64,000 bases of DNA from Podarcis filfolensis (taxonomy: Eukaryota), in the NCBI GenBank assembly GCA_964270895.1, contig OZ185442.1. One strand, 5' to 3'. The notes below the pieces were generated by a model. It was not told the origin of the DNA. It saw only the letters and a list, made by a program, of their open reading frames with translations, and did not search any database. Within the stretch, counting starts at the first letter, position 1. Each line of letters opens with the position of its first letter. Positions 21,860 to 33,737 of the stretch are shown in pieces. Both the position numbers and the translations under genes were made by a program.

Positions 21860-23420
21860 ACCTCATGCGGTGCCCGGAGGAGAAACAGCCCTCTCCCCTC
21901 CGGCGAGGCCTGGCCGGGATCTCCAAGGCACACACCGCCGGACAGGCCAGCACCTGCTCGGGGGAGGGAATGTAAACAGGCCGGCCCGGCCCCGGGTGGC
22001 AGCCCGAAGGCCTTCCCGGGCCAGCCGCCGCTCCAGGGAGGTTTCGGGTGAGGGCTGCTGCGGCTACCCACGGCCTACCCCGACGTGAGGCCCGTCTCGG
22101 CCGGCCTTGCTTGTCTCCTACCCGCGCGCTCCTCCGTCTGAACGGCTCTCAGCGCTCTCCGCCTCCACCACCCGCTCCCATCCCCCACCCTGATTGGCTG
22201 CCGCTTGACAACCGGAGCCCTGGCAACTCACTTCGACTTGGCCCCGCCCACCTTTCGTGCCGCTGACCAATCACGTCCGCCCCTCGAGCCTTCCGGCTCG
22301 CCAATCAGCCCAAAGCCCGCCTTCCCAACACAACCGAGGCCCCGCCGTCGTAATTTGTTTTCAGAGCCCGCCTCCACCGGCCCGACTGGGCAATTGCTAA
22401 GAAGCCTTCGAAGAACGGCGGGGGAGAGGGAGGGAGTTCCTCTGATACGTATACTATAGACTGAAGGAAGGATGTAGAGTGGCGCGCACTGCGCAGCTCC
22501 CGGGTTAACTTGAGATTTTTTCGTTGCAGGCTTTGCTAGTCGGAGAAGCCGCGTCTGTGCTGCGAGTGAGCGCCGATTTCGGAAGAGTGGCGAGCGGGCC
22601 CCTTAATTAGCACGGTCTTTGCTGCAGCCTGACGTGATGGAAATCCACAAAATTATGCATAGCGCGGAGAAAGTAAAGTTTTCCTCCCTCTTCCGTCACC
22701 CGCTAGAAATTGATTGGCACACTCTTCTCTCTCATATACACACATAAATTATTTCACTGTAGTCTAACCCCTTTAACTGGTCGGAATTTTAAAAACTCGG
22801 AAGCGTCTTAGTCACACCGGGATACGGACTATTCTACATTTAATGATCTGCATTCATGTAAGGGAGCTTCCGAGGCCGCACAGGGGCAGCCAATCGGTGC
22901 CAAAGTATTGTCCTTTTGCTCCCATCAACCTTTGCGTCGCGACCCACTTTTCGGGTGAGGCTTAGAAGCCGCTGCTGCCGCTCCCTCCGCTGGCATGTCG
23001 GTGGTTTTCGTGCCGGAGAAACTCCGAGGCAAGGCGGAGGTGAACCAAGAGACGTTGCAACGGGTGAGCGAAAGGGACGGGCGCCATAGAGAGAGCGGAG
23101 GGGAGCGTCGCTCACGCAGCCCTCTTTTTAACTCCCGTACGCCGCCATAGGAAAGGCAAGAACGTCGGGAGGCGTCGGAGCGCCGCTCTACCTTCCTCTC
23201 TCTCTCTCTCTGGTTTCCTGGCCAGGTTCTTTGTATTGGGTTAGTTAGTCGGTTAGAACCGGAAGTGTCTTTGCCATTTCATTCCCCGCCTCTTGCAGGC
23301 TGCGTGAAGATGGTCCGGGCTGCTTAAAAGCTGAGCGTGACGTCATCGAGCCTGGTCAAGGAACGCCCACTCTGATCCGCCTGCGCATTAGGAAGGGCAG
23401 TGCGCTCTGTACATTCTCAG
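21860..23420. promoter_or_regulatory. CpG island / bidirectional promoter between KATNB1 (-) and SS18L2 (+)
   Basis: Strong GC/CpG enrichment over background; CCAAT boxes at 22193, 22267, 22301, 22713, 22890; GC boxes near 22240 and 22340; ETS (ACCGGAAGTG 23258) and CRE (TGACGTCA 23338); candidate KATNB1 non-coding exon 1 donor GGG|gtaggc at 22079/22078. Confidence 0.85.
22995..23063 (+). CDS. SS18L2: SS18L2 exon 1 coding part
   Basis: ggcATGt, 69 nt, CGG|gtgag. Confidence 0.94.
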
Positions 23421-25098
23421 GGTTGGTCGAAATCACTGGCTCTGTGCAGGTCGGCTCCTTCACTCTCCTCGATGACTGCTTAGCGAAAGGCCATAACCAA
23501 GTACAGTAAAAAGCGGTACACCGCCAGAAAGAGGACTAAAACAAATGAATAGCATAGTCTGCTAGAATATCCTATATCTTTTGTAGTAACAGTAAACTCT
23601 TAACGCTACCAAAAAGAAAACTCACCCTTTAAGTCTGTAAGTTGAGGACTGAAGTTGACATTCTTTTAGTACCAGATATTCTTCATCCACCACTTTAATA
23701 ATCTGAAATCAGGGGTCATCAGTAGGACACCTGTGGGCACCATGATACTCTTAAAATTGTTCCCTGGTGCCTTTGAAGCCTCTGACCACCCACCCACACA
23801 CTGCCTCCTTGATCGTGAGTGCACAGTCTATAAAGCATCCTTACAATTATCCAGTATAATTTTTAAGTAGTTGTTCTTGAACAAGTTTCAGTAATATGCA
23901 GTTGATCCAATGCTGTTGTGACTTTTCAGCTGCTTGAAGAAAATGACCAGCTGATTCGATGTATTGTGGAATATCAGAATAAAGGAAGAGCTGAAGAATG
24001 TGTGCAGTAAGTAAATTCAATCTAAGAGTCGCCTATTATGCATTTTTCAGGACTTCATTTTTGTATTTACTTGATTAAAACAAACAATCAAGTAATTGTT
24101 TAGAGAGCTTGCGTGCCTCATTGTGAGACGTGGGTTTGAATAAATCTCATTGGTCTTGAGTAAATTTACAGGGGAGGTGAAGGAGAATTGAAATCAGGCA
24201 CATTGTTGCTGAAATAAATGCAATTAGTCTGTCAAACACAACCAGACTGTGCAGGGCATTAATGAAAATCTTGTTTATTTTGCTGAATTTAATGTGGGAG
24301 TAAATAACTTACAGATGTACCAACCCCTTCTTCTTGGCAGCCATAGACTTCTGAAAGGCCATTGTAATAGTGGCTGTTTTATTTTTAATTTTTTTTCTAA
24401 TAATCCCTAACATTTCCCCCTTTTGCTGCCACTGCACAAGCTTGATGATTTTATAGAGCTGTGTACCACAACCCCAAGATCTTCCCTGGTTAGACACTGC
24501 TAGTTCAGACTTCATCAGTGTGAATGTAAAGTTAGAATGATGTGCTCCAGTGTGCATCATTGCCCACTCATCTATGCCTTTGCAGGAATTAAGTGATCAT
24601 TAAACATGGACAGTGTTCTCGAAGCTACCAACATGAGTTTGACCAAACTGCGGGAGGCAGTGGAAGACAGGAGTGCCTGGCATGCTCTGGTCCATGGGGT
24701 CACGAAGAGTCGGACACAACTAAACGACAACAAAACATTGACTTAATTAGTATTTAAAAAAAAACACATTTCCTTCAATTTAAAAATAAGATACTATCAG
24801 GAACAGGGGAAAGTAGCTAAGAGGATTCAAAAATATTATTGGCTTCATATTAATTAACAACTCTTCCCTTCCCCCTGCTTTCTCAAGTATAAAGTGAGCA
24901 AAATAGAGACCTAAATCCTACTGTCACTTATATGGTGGCTGCCAGAGCAATTCTATTATTTCAGTTGCCCTAAGGAATCTCATTCTTCTGTTTCTCTGTT
25001 ACAGACACCAGCACACACTGCACAGAAACCTGATTTATTTAGCTACTATTGCAGATGCATCTCCCTCTCCAAATGCAGGGAAGACTGTTGCAGACTGA
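22995..25098 (+). CDS. SS18L2: SS18-like protein 2 (SSXT/QLQ-binding SNH domain), 3 exons, 79 aa
   Basis: join 22995-23063,23930-24006,25005-25098 = MSVVFVPEKLRGKAEVNQETLQR|LLEENDQLIRCIVEYQNKGRAEECVQ|HQHTLHRNLIYLATIADASPSPNAGKTVAD*; canonical GT-AG; missed by the ORF track because the exons are short. Confidence 0.95.
23930..24006 (+). CDS. SS18L2: SS18L2 exon 2
   Basis: ttttcag|CTG...CA|gtaag, 77 nt. Confidence 0.95.
24330..24560 (-). mobile_element. CR1 LINE fragment in SS18L2 intron 2
   Basis: MLGIIRKKIKNKTATITMAFQKSM resembles the CR1 ORF2 C-terminal region. Confidence 0.65.
24608..24734 (+). mobile_element. Bov-B (RTE) LINE 3' end
   Basis: gaggcagtggaagacaggagtgcctggcatgctctggtccatggggtcacgaagagtcggacacaactaaacgac(aac) is the characteristic Bov-B terminus. 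Confidence 0.85.
25005..25098 (+). CDS. SS18L2: SS18L2 exon 3 coding part
   Basis: tgttacag|A CAC...TGA, 94 nt; AATAAA at 25190-25195. Confidence 0.94.
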
Positions 25099-26231
25099 TA
25101 CTGTGCTCCTTGGCACACTTGTGAATCCTTGAAGGAAATGGGGAGTGAATCTGGAAGATCCATTAGTCCCCTCCTCTTTAAAGGAGAGGAATAAATCCAG
25201 CACCTGATGGAAAGCCAGCTGAATTGTGCTTAACAGAACACATTCCTGCCTTCATTTCATCCTCTTTGCCATCAACTAGTAAATGCCATTTGCTTTACCT
25301 CCCACCTTGGGTGCAAAAGGAAAAATGACATAGTGCACTGCATATTCCTTCAGCTACAATGTCACTGCTTAAAAGGTCAAGGTTGATGGGTATTATTATC
25401 AACGTTTGCCATTGCCTCAGAGCATCAGTTCTCCACGTGACATTACATTCTACCCCACTGACCCATGAAGAAGGTTGGTAAAGAAGGGGTACTTAACATT
25501 TTTACATTAAAATCTTATTCCGGATATGGTGAAAAGAGCAAGAGATTATAACAATGTGGTGGTGTATGCAGTTACCTGTTAGTGCTTGCAAGAGAGAATT
25601 GTCACATGCCTACTGACAAAACACCTCCTTTTGCCTCTTATTTGTATGGAATTAAACATTATCACTCGTAAAGGGTACTGCTAAGCTTTGATTACTTTAA
25701 TGTGTATTCCTTTTCTGTAGTAAAAACCATATTGATCCTGATACATACATGCAGTAGAGGAAAAAATAAAAGATATTTCAACTGGCTGTTTTGAACCACT
25801 TAATATTTTCAGATCAATCCGTATCTCCATAGTTCTCAGTGTGCTTTTATGAAATATTATTTTCTTTCCCTCCTGGACTGCTAACGTTCTAGCAATGTTT
25901 TAAAAGTTTCTTGCTAGTACTTACTGAAAGATTCTAGGCAGTGAACTGAGTTTTTTCCCATGGATTCTTAGGGAAAGGATAGCTGGTTTCGTAGCTTAGC
26001 ATGAGTTGTTTTCCCCAGCCAATGCCCTCCAGGTGTTTTGGACTAAAACTCATTGGCTCCAGACAATATATCTGTGCTATGCAGGGTTCATGGAGCTGAA
26101 GTTCAAACTGTCTGAAAGGCTGCAGGTTGGGTAAGCTTGCCTCAGTAATAACACTTTATGAATGAGTGACGAAAGAGCACCACAGCTGCTTTGGAATGCA
26201 GAGGAGCTGGTGCATTGCTGCTTTTCACTTA

Positions 26232-26422
26232 GAATCATAGAATTGTAGAGTTGGAAGGGACCTCAAGGGTCATCAAGTCCAACCCCCTGCAATGCAGGAA
26301 TCTCAACTAAAGCATCCCTGACAGATGGTCATCCAACCTCTGCTTTAAAACGTCCAAGGAAGGAGAGCCCACAACCTCCTGAGGGAGTCTATTCCACTCT
26401 CAAAACAGCTTACTGTCAGAAA
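26232..26422 (-). mobile_element. CR1 LINE 3' end fragment
   Basis: tcatagaattgtagagttggaagggacc...gtccaaccccctgc; a shorter related copy lies at about 62960-63030. Confidence 0.75.
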
Positions 26423-28121
26423 CACCCAGAGTTTGCTTGCTCAGTTTATAGCTCCCTTTTATTATTGCTTAAAACTACTTTCCTTGTTTGCTGTAGCCCC
26501 AGCTATCTCCCCTGACTAGGCAAAGTAGCTGCTGCCAGAGCACACTTAATTGTAAAAGAGGACTGTTGGCATGGGGGATTTCTCTCCTTTTATAAAAGAA
26601 AAAAACCTAAAGCTATACAATGTAAAAGGAACATGGTGAGTTGATGTGAAGTAGTAACAGCAGCTTGTTCTATCACTGAAGCTGGTGGTGCAAAGCCTCT
26701 CCTACTACATTTGCACTGCTGGTGGAATGGACCCCTGCCCTCCTGGACCAGGAGTAGTATAAAATGGGAGCTCTCCCCCAACCATGCTTATTAACTAAAA
26801 GTTTCTAAGTTATGTTTCCAGTCTATGGTAACAAATGACAGCATATTGATACAAAGGGTTTTCATGTTAGAAATTGTTTTTACTCCCAACTTACAATGAA
26901 GGCCACTACACAACACACTCGAGCCAGAGGCAAAGCACCTGTTAATCCTCTCCGAGATGAAGGAAGGCATTCTCTAGCCTCTGCCACTGGCCCCGGGGCC
27001 CTGGGAGGCTGTCCATGGCAGCTGTGCAGTTCTTTGCAGCACAGCTGTAGGATACAGCCATACAACAGCTGCATCTAGAATGAATGCACTCTTCAGCAAT
27101 TCCATATCATTTGGTATCCTGCAAGTGGAGCAGATCCAGGTATTGTAACTTAAAACATACATTTTCAATGTTCTTTCTAACTTTAAACATTACTTTCTGG
27201 AACTGCTGCTAAATTCACATCGATTGCACCTGATAATGCAGTGAGTTACCCCAGGCTGTATTGTAGCTGGGCAATCAGACCTGTTCTAAAGCAGAGTGAG
27301 GCAAGAAGACAATAGTACCTGACTAGTTAAGGCAGTGGGATCAAATAACATTCTGCCATTTTGAATCATGAATTTTCTAATAATAAAACCAAAACTATTT
27401 GTCGCAAGTCTGTTAAGCCTGTTAAATTTGGATGAGAACAAGGGCAGAAAGATGGTAGAAAGCGAAGACTTAAATGAACAGAATAGTTGGCGAGGTAAGA
27501 CATTTACTGCTTACATGGTATGGAACTTAAGTGCTATAGATGCCCACATACTTAAGTGAAACATCAGTACAAGATGCTACACAGGACAGATTGGATAGGT
27601 TTTGAGGATATAGAGTGCCCATATCAAGCCTTGAATGAGGCAGTGAGACTTCAAAGTGTCAACAGGAGTTCTAGATACTCATCAATGCTGGTCAAAAATT
27701 TCCTTCCTGAAGCAGAGACTTATCCTTCCTGCTCCAGGTCCGACATCTGAAAAAGCTTTGCCACACTATAGACAGCTGTTCTTGCAAACATCTATATTCC
27801 TGTCCCTTACCACTTGTGCTGTTGCATTATGGGACCAGCTATAGTTCTGGTACCAAGCACACTAGCTACCAATGCCTAGGGGGCAGCCTTTCAACTGAAT
27901 GCCATCCTATCAGTCCCAGCCAGCCCATGTGAGCTGGCTGGAGTTGAGAGTTCTAGTCCAAAACATCTGGAGACAGGCTGGGCGAGACCTATAGACAATA
28001 TACACAATGTCTGCTAGGTAGTAAAGCTTGGGTTAGGAATCCAGATACATTTCCATTCAGAAAATGAGTCCACATAGCATGTGTTTAATACCCTACACTC
28101 GATAGTATTAAGACTGTAAGC

Positions 28122-28258
28122 CAGGCATGGCCAAACTTTGGCCCTCCAGATTTTTTATGACTTCAATTCCCATCATCCCTCACCACTGGTCCTGTTAGCT
28201 AGGGATGATGGGAGTTGTAGTCCCAAAACATCTGGAGGGCCAAGTTTGGCCATGCCTG
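28122..28258. mobile_element. Hairpin hAT MITE (137 bp)
   Basis: Long TIR caggcatggccaaact..ggccctccaga; TSD ctgtaagc/ctgcaagc (7/8). Confidence 0.85.
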
Positions 28259-29426
28259 CTGCAAGCATAGAGGATGCTAGGGACTGAGGCTGGCTTGGCC
28301 TAGGTACCAAGTCTAAAGGCTAGCTCAACAAAGAAAATTGATTTTGGAATGGTGTAGGTGAGGTTTCCAATGACCTCTGCAAATGATCCCACATCAGTTC
28401 TACACCCACATCAGAGCAGGAGCTAAGGGACTTTTGGTTTCATGTGGCATTGTGAATACATGCTCCTTGCCTATGACTTCATACTTGGTAAGTTAACACT
28501 GAAAGAGGCATCTGAATGAAAATCACTGTTATCAAAGTTACACTTTGATAGCAGGCTGGAACTCACATGCTTGTGAGAAATTCAAGCAAGTACTTAATCC
28601 TTAATGGCACAGGGAGGGGAGAAATCAGTTGCGTGTCAAGCAGAGGGAGCTTCACAAATGCAGCAATGTTTTAAGGCACAAGAGCCTCATTTTGTAAATA
28701 AGTAAAAGAATGAGGGATCAAAAGTGAGATAATATAACAGTCTTTATGAGAGGATTCGCCGCCGCCCCCCACTCTAGACAGTGTTCTCTATCATACTGTC
28801 TTGGCAGTAGTGGGAAAAGAGCTGGAGAGCACTCGGTTCCTGCCCTGGAGGCATCTAGGAGCAAGGTTTTGTTTCCGTGCTGCAAGGCTCTTCTAAGCTC
28901 CAGAGCAGCCCTCTGCAGCCTGGTGTGTTCCAGCTGTTTGGGTCTCCAAGTCCCATAGGCCCAAGCCAACACAGCCAATAAGAAGGGATGTTGGAAGCTG
29001 TAGTCACCAGGTTGAGGAAGACTACACAGAGATGATAAAGTGTTGGGTATTAGTACTGAAACAAAGGGATGGTGCCTGCTTTTGCAAGGCCTGGATTCAA
29101 CAGTTCCTTGCAAGGGGCCTGCCTCTGTCCAATAAGACTGGATTTTATTTCCCTACCACCACACACACAAGACCCTCATGTACCAACCGCGATCCAGCTG
29201 CATCTAGAGTGAATGTGCCATCTTTTCAGTAATTCCACAATCATGCCTTATCCTCAAAGTGGGACAGACCTAGGGGTATTTCAGCTCGTATCTATTTGTG
29301 TGAATGTTGTAATTTGGGGGGTAGCAAGGAAAGCTCCACTGAAATTAACTTGCAGCTTGATGGTGCTCATTATCTTCAGCAGAAACCTTATTTTAACAAG
29401 ATATAACCTACTATTAAAGGTATATC

Positions 29427-29432
29427 TTTAAT
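29427..29432 (-). terminator. Candidate GARRE1 polyadenylation signal (ATTAAA)
   Basis: About 2.1 kb past the stop, at the end of an AU-rich UTR-like tract. Confidence 0.35.
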
Positions 29433-31548
29433 AAAGCAAATAAGGTTATTTTTACTTACAGGAGCTTTAAAATTAAAATACAAAATGTACAATTCCAGTT
29501 CCAAAGCATTAGCTAGTCACAGAAGTACTGCAATAAGGGTAAGTTAACTAAGCACCAAACCCCATGCACTTGGCAGTGTGAAACATCACATGGCAACATT
29601 TGGTTGCCAAGTGCAAACAACTTGGGAAAATTACCAGTGTTCAGCATAATTGGAAGCAGAGGATGATGTAGCACCTACTAGACAGAAACTGACACACCTG
29701 TATTTCCACAATTCACTCCAATTTTAGAAACTGCCAGTGCTTGTATTTACCACTCATTTGCAACTGCAGTTTAGATGCTCTGTAGGGAACGTCAACGCAA
29801 CAAACATCTGTACTTTGACCTGAAATCATTGGTGCATACAACTGCAATAGATCGTAGGGTCCAATATAAGTTTTCAATGGTGTACTCCAGGAAACTAAAA
29901 AAGCAAAACAAAAAAAGCCCCCACTTGTTAAATTCACCAACATTTTTAGCAGAAGGTACAAAACATTAACAATTTACAGACAGAAGCCACACTGATTGTG
30001 CAAAGCACATGACTAAAGTTATGCACAGCAAACAACTCTGTAAACATGGTAAGGGCGGGTTTTGAGGAAACATGGTGACAACATCATAAATACAGGCAAC
30101 ATTGGCATCTTCAACCAGCACAAATAGTAACATTCTGGGCCTGCCAAGATGGCCCATCACCACACAAGCAGAAGGCGGGGGAGGGGTTCCTCGACTCTGC
30201 CCACCCCAACGTTTAGTGTTGTGTATTTTATTTATATATATTTATATATAATTTGGTATCTTTAATATACACATGTACTTCGTTTGTAGAAAATGGGAAC
30301 TTAAATGTGCTTTTATCTTCATCAAAAAACTATATGCATTTATAACTAATAACCCATTTTACTTGTCAATGTATTAGAATGATATGACTTAAGAAAATAT
30401 AAAAATAATATTAATACTGTCAAAAACCTTTATACCAGAAAATATTGTGGTTTATAATTACTCTTTCAAAGATGAAATATGAAAATTTAAATAGGTTTTT
30501 ATAAAGACTTCTCTCACCTCAATTAATATACAATGGGATAACTATACATATTTACCATTTTTTTTCAATTTAAGCACCAGTCATTCCCCCAGATCCACTT
30601 TGGTTGGAAGGTTATTTCCTAATTCCACAGGTTCATTTATTTAATGGCACATATTGACTGAAAGTAGTTACTTTAATCGTTAGCACTACAAAAAATAGTG
30701 TTTTTAAGTTCTCTCTCTTCTGAGCCAGCTCATGTTTTTACACACTAAGTCTAGCATTGAAATAAGACTTTAAATATTTGCAAGTAGTCTTAACTATTCT
30801 TTCATACATTTAAGGAGCACTGTATGGATAATGCCTTTGGCCAAATGTAAAAGTATCAAATTGTGTATTCTAATGTAGTGTCAGCCACAGATGAACACAA
30901 TCCACCCAAAACTACTTTATGGATCTTGAGCTCAGGTTACAGGTGGATTGTGCCCATTAAGTTATGTCACAAGTTACCTGGGCTGGAGTGGTTCCAGCTA
31001 TCTTTGCATGAAGCAAATAACTGGAAAAAGCTTTTTGCAGTTGTCTGTGCACCACTGTTGTGACCAGGAGCTTGTGTGGCACGTTAACAACTGATGCATT
31101 AAAAAAGCTACAGCAGCCGATGTCACCGGAGTGAAGACTTTTTACCTTGTCAATTAGAAATCTAAAGAAAAGGAGTGTTGAGCAAAACTGCTAGATTTGC
31201 TTAAAAATGTACTCAAATTTGTTTTAGCAAGAAATGGTAACTATAAATCTATATGAAAAAATAGCTATAAAATACAGTGTTTTCTGTGGTAATAATGTAG
31301 CAGTTTGTTAGCAGGGTAGTCCATATACGCTTTGAAAGCATCACAGTTTAGGGCTGTTGTGTGTACATGTAACACCTTGGCACCATTTGCTCAGCACTCT
31401 ACAGAGAGAGAGAGAATCACCACTAGAAGCTGTCACTCCACAGAACCACCAGAAGAGACAGCCACCACCGCACAACTGTAAAACAAAGCAAATGTTTGTC
31501 ACATCAAAGACTTTGGTCCTCTGCGGCATTTCTTGCTAGAAAAAGCCG

Positions 31549-31860
31549 TCAGTACTGATGCATGTAAGATGGCCTGCGTTCGTGCTTGACTGGAAAAGGT
31601 TTAAAGCCCTTATTCATCGGTTTGTGCTGAGAGGGCGGCGGCGGCGATTGCTGCTGCTGCTGCTGCGCATAGGCAAAAGTGGAGGAAATCCCTGTTGATG
31701 GTGTGCAATCGTTGGCTGTGGACCAAACGGGTGACTGCAGGATCTGCATGGTGTCATTCCACTGGCTGGCAGGGCTACTCATCTGGTACAAAGACATGTT
31801 TTGACTGGGCAGTGTGTGCTGCCAAGGAGCTTTCGGAGGCCAGGTTTTGGTTTTGTTGTC
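31549..31860 (-). CDS. GARRE1: GARRE1 last coding exon (DNKTKTWPPKAPWQH...PSYMHQY*)
   Basis: 312 nt to TGA, acceptor tcttgcag|. Confidence 0.95.
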   Translation of the reverse strand, partial: DNKTKTWPPKAPWQHTLPSQNMSLYQMSSPASQWNDTMQILQSPVWSTANDCTPSTGISSTFAYAQQQQQQSPPPPSQHKPMNKGFKPFPVKHERRPSYMHQY

Positions 31861-33695
31861 CTGCAAGAGACCAATGACAACATCTGAGCTTTCTTCCTGC
31901 ACATCCACTGCCAGGAACCATTTCTGGCCCTGCTGCAAATGTTCCTTAGTATACCACTTTCTTCCAAACGAGTGAATGACAGTCACACAGAAACATTATC
32001 AGAGTGCAAGGTAACCTGTCCCACTGATGACTTGAACTCCTGGGGCATCTACAGAAATCTTGCCCACTGGAGCAGTTTAACTCTGTCCCATGTAAACCAC
32101 TACGTCCTGGACCAACAGCACACATAAGGGGTCCACTCATAGCCCCACCTCTAGTGCCTTCCCTAGAGAGCACTAAAGCCACAGAATACAGGAACAGGAA
32201 GAGCCAATATTCTTGTCTCTTACCGATGGAAGGGGAGCAATGAAGAAGAAACTCTCCCACAGTTCCTCCTCCTACCCTGGTTAGAACTTGGACTATTATT
32301 GCAGTTAGTGCCACCTCTTTGCCATTTCTGCAACACTCCAAAAGCACTCCTTTGGGAAGGAGGAAGAGCCACCTAGCCTAGCCACCTAGGAGGAAGAGCC
32401 ACCTAGCCATGTTGCTTGGCAGCCTGTTGAGGTCAAAGCCCTCCTACATCAATCACCACACAGAGCAATACCGTTCACCTGGGAAGTTCTCCCAGCAGCC
32501 CAATATATTATCTGGCTTTCAGAGAAGGGGAGTGGGAAATGCATCTCCAATGGATCTACACCCCATAAGATCAAAGTAAAAGTGAAACATTTTGGAGTCA
32601 CCAATAAATTCCATGGAGCATATTCAGTTGTCTATAATAAAAAATGAAGCAGTGCAGTTTTGCTGGCCTTAAAATCTGGAAGTATAGTGAAATTGACTAT
32701 TTAAAACTGGGCTGAATTCAGGCAACATTTTTACTGAGGGGTTTTTTTTAAAAGAAAAGCCACCTGGAATCCCATCAAAGAGGCCCCCTCCACCATTAGC
32801 CACCCAAAAAGAGGCACTATACAGCCTGATACTTGCCTGACTATGATCATCCACTGTAGAAAGGAGTGGTGGGGAAGGAAGTGTGCTCGGGTCTTGCTCC
32901 CCACTGCTGTGTTTCCTGTGTTATCCAATGAGAGAAAATGGTTGGTTAGTGTCATGGCAGGGTCTTAAATGAGAAAATATTCTTCAGTTCTGACAACACT
33001 TTATGCTGTATTTCCATGGTCAAAATAGAGGGCAATAGGAGTCTTACAACTGAAGTACACCTGTACTAAGGGCCTTTGCATCTAACTCGCTACTTTCATG
33101 GCAATTAAAGGTTTATGGATTAAAGTAAACTTTCAGACACCTAGCCAACAAGGCAGATAGAAGTCTATGGCACAGCAGCAGCTAGGCCATACTGCAGCCA
33201 ATAAAAACTGTGGACCAAATAGCCATAGGATGGTCACAATCACTATTCATTAGGGACCACAGGGTTCTTGTCCCTAAGAATAGCTTGGCTTATGCCTTGG
33301 GGAAGCCTTCAAGCAGGACACCAAGGCTACAAACCTCCCTTGGCAGTAGCAGCTCTGCCTCAGCAGCATTTGGTTTTCAGAGGAATAGTATTTATGAACA
33401 TGGACTCAACGCCAGGCATGCTGTTGTCAAAACTGTGTGACATTGGCCTTGTTGAGAGAAGTCTGCCTTCTCTATTCGACATCAGCTTTCTTGTTCTTCA
33501 ATCAGCAGGACTGATTAACTGGACTTTCAATTGTGGATCCTCTTTTCTGTCACTGGGCACTTTTAATAGCTTCATGGTTATTTCACAGCCACAAATCTGG
33601 TTCTTGCTGCTGGGTGTGCTCAAGAGGGAGCCACAGCCAATCCACATTTGCATTTTCAAACACCTGTTTGCCACATGTCTATTATTATTCATTTC

Positions 33696-33737
<42 letters not shown>

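Noticed and set aside
21684-22459. Several overlapping Pro/Arg/Gly-rich ORFs
   Set aside because: Expected by-product of stop-poor CpG-island sequence.
22440-22980. Possible snRNA or other small RNA gene in the promoter gap
   Set aside because: No match to recalled U7, U11, U12 or tRNA sequences and no convincing PSE/box layout; an Infernal/Rfam scan would settle it.
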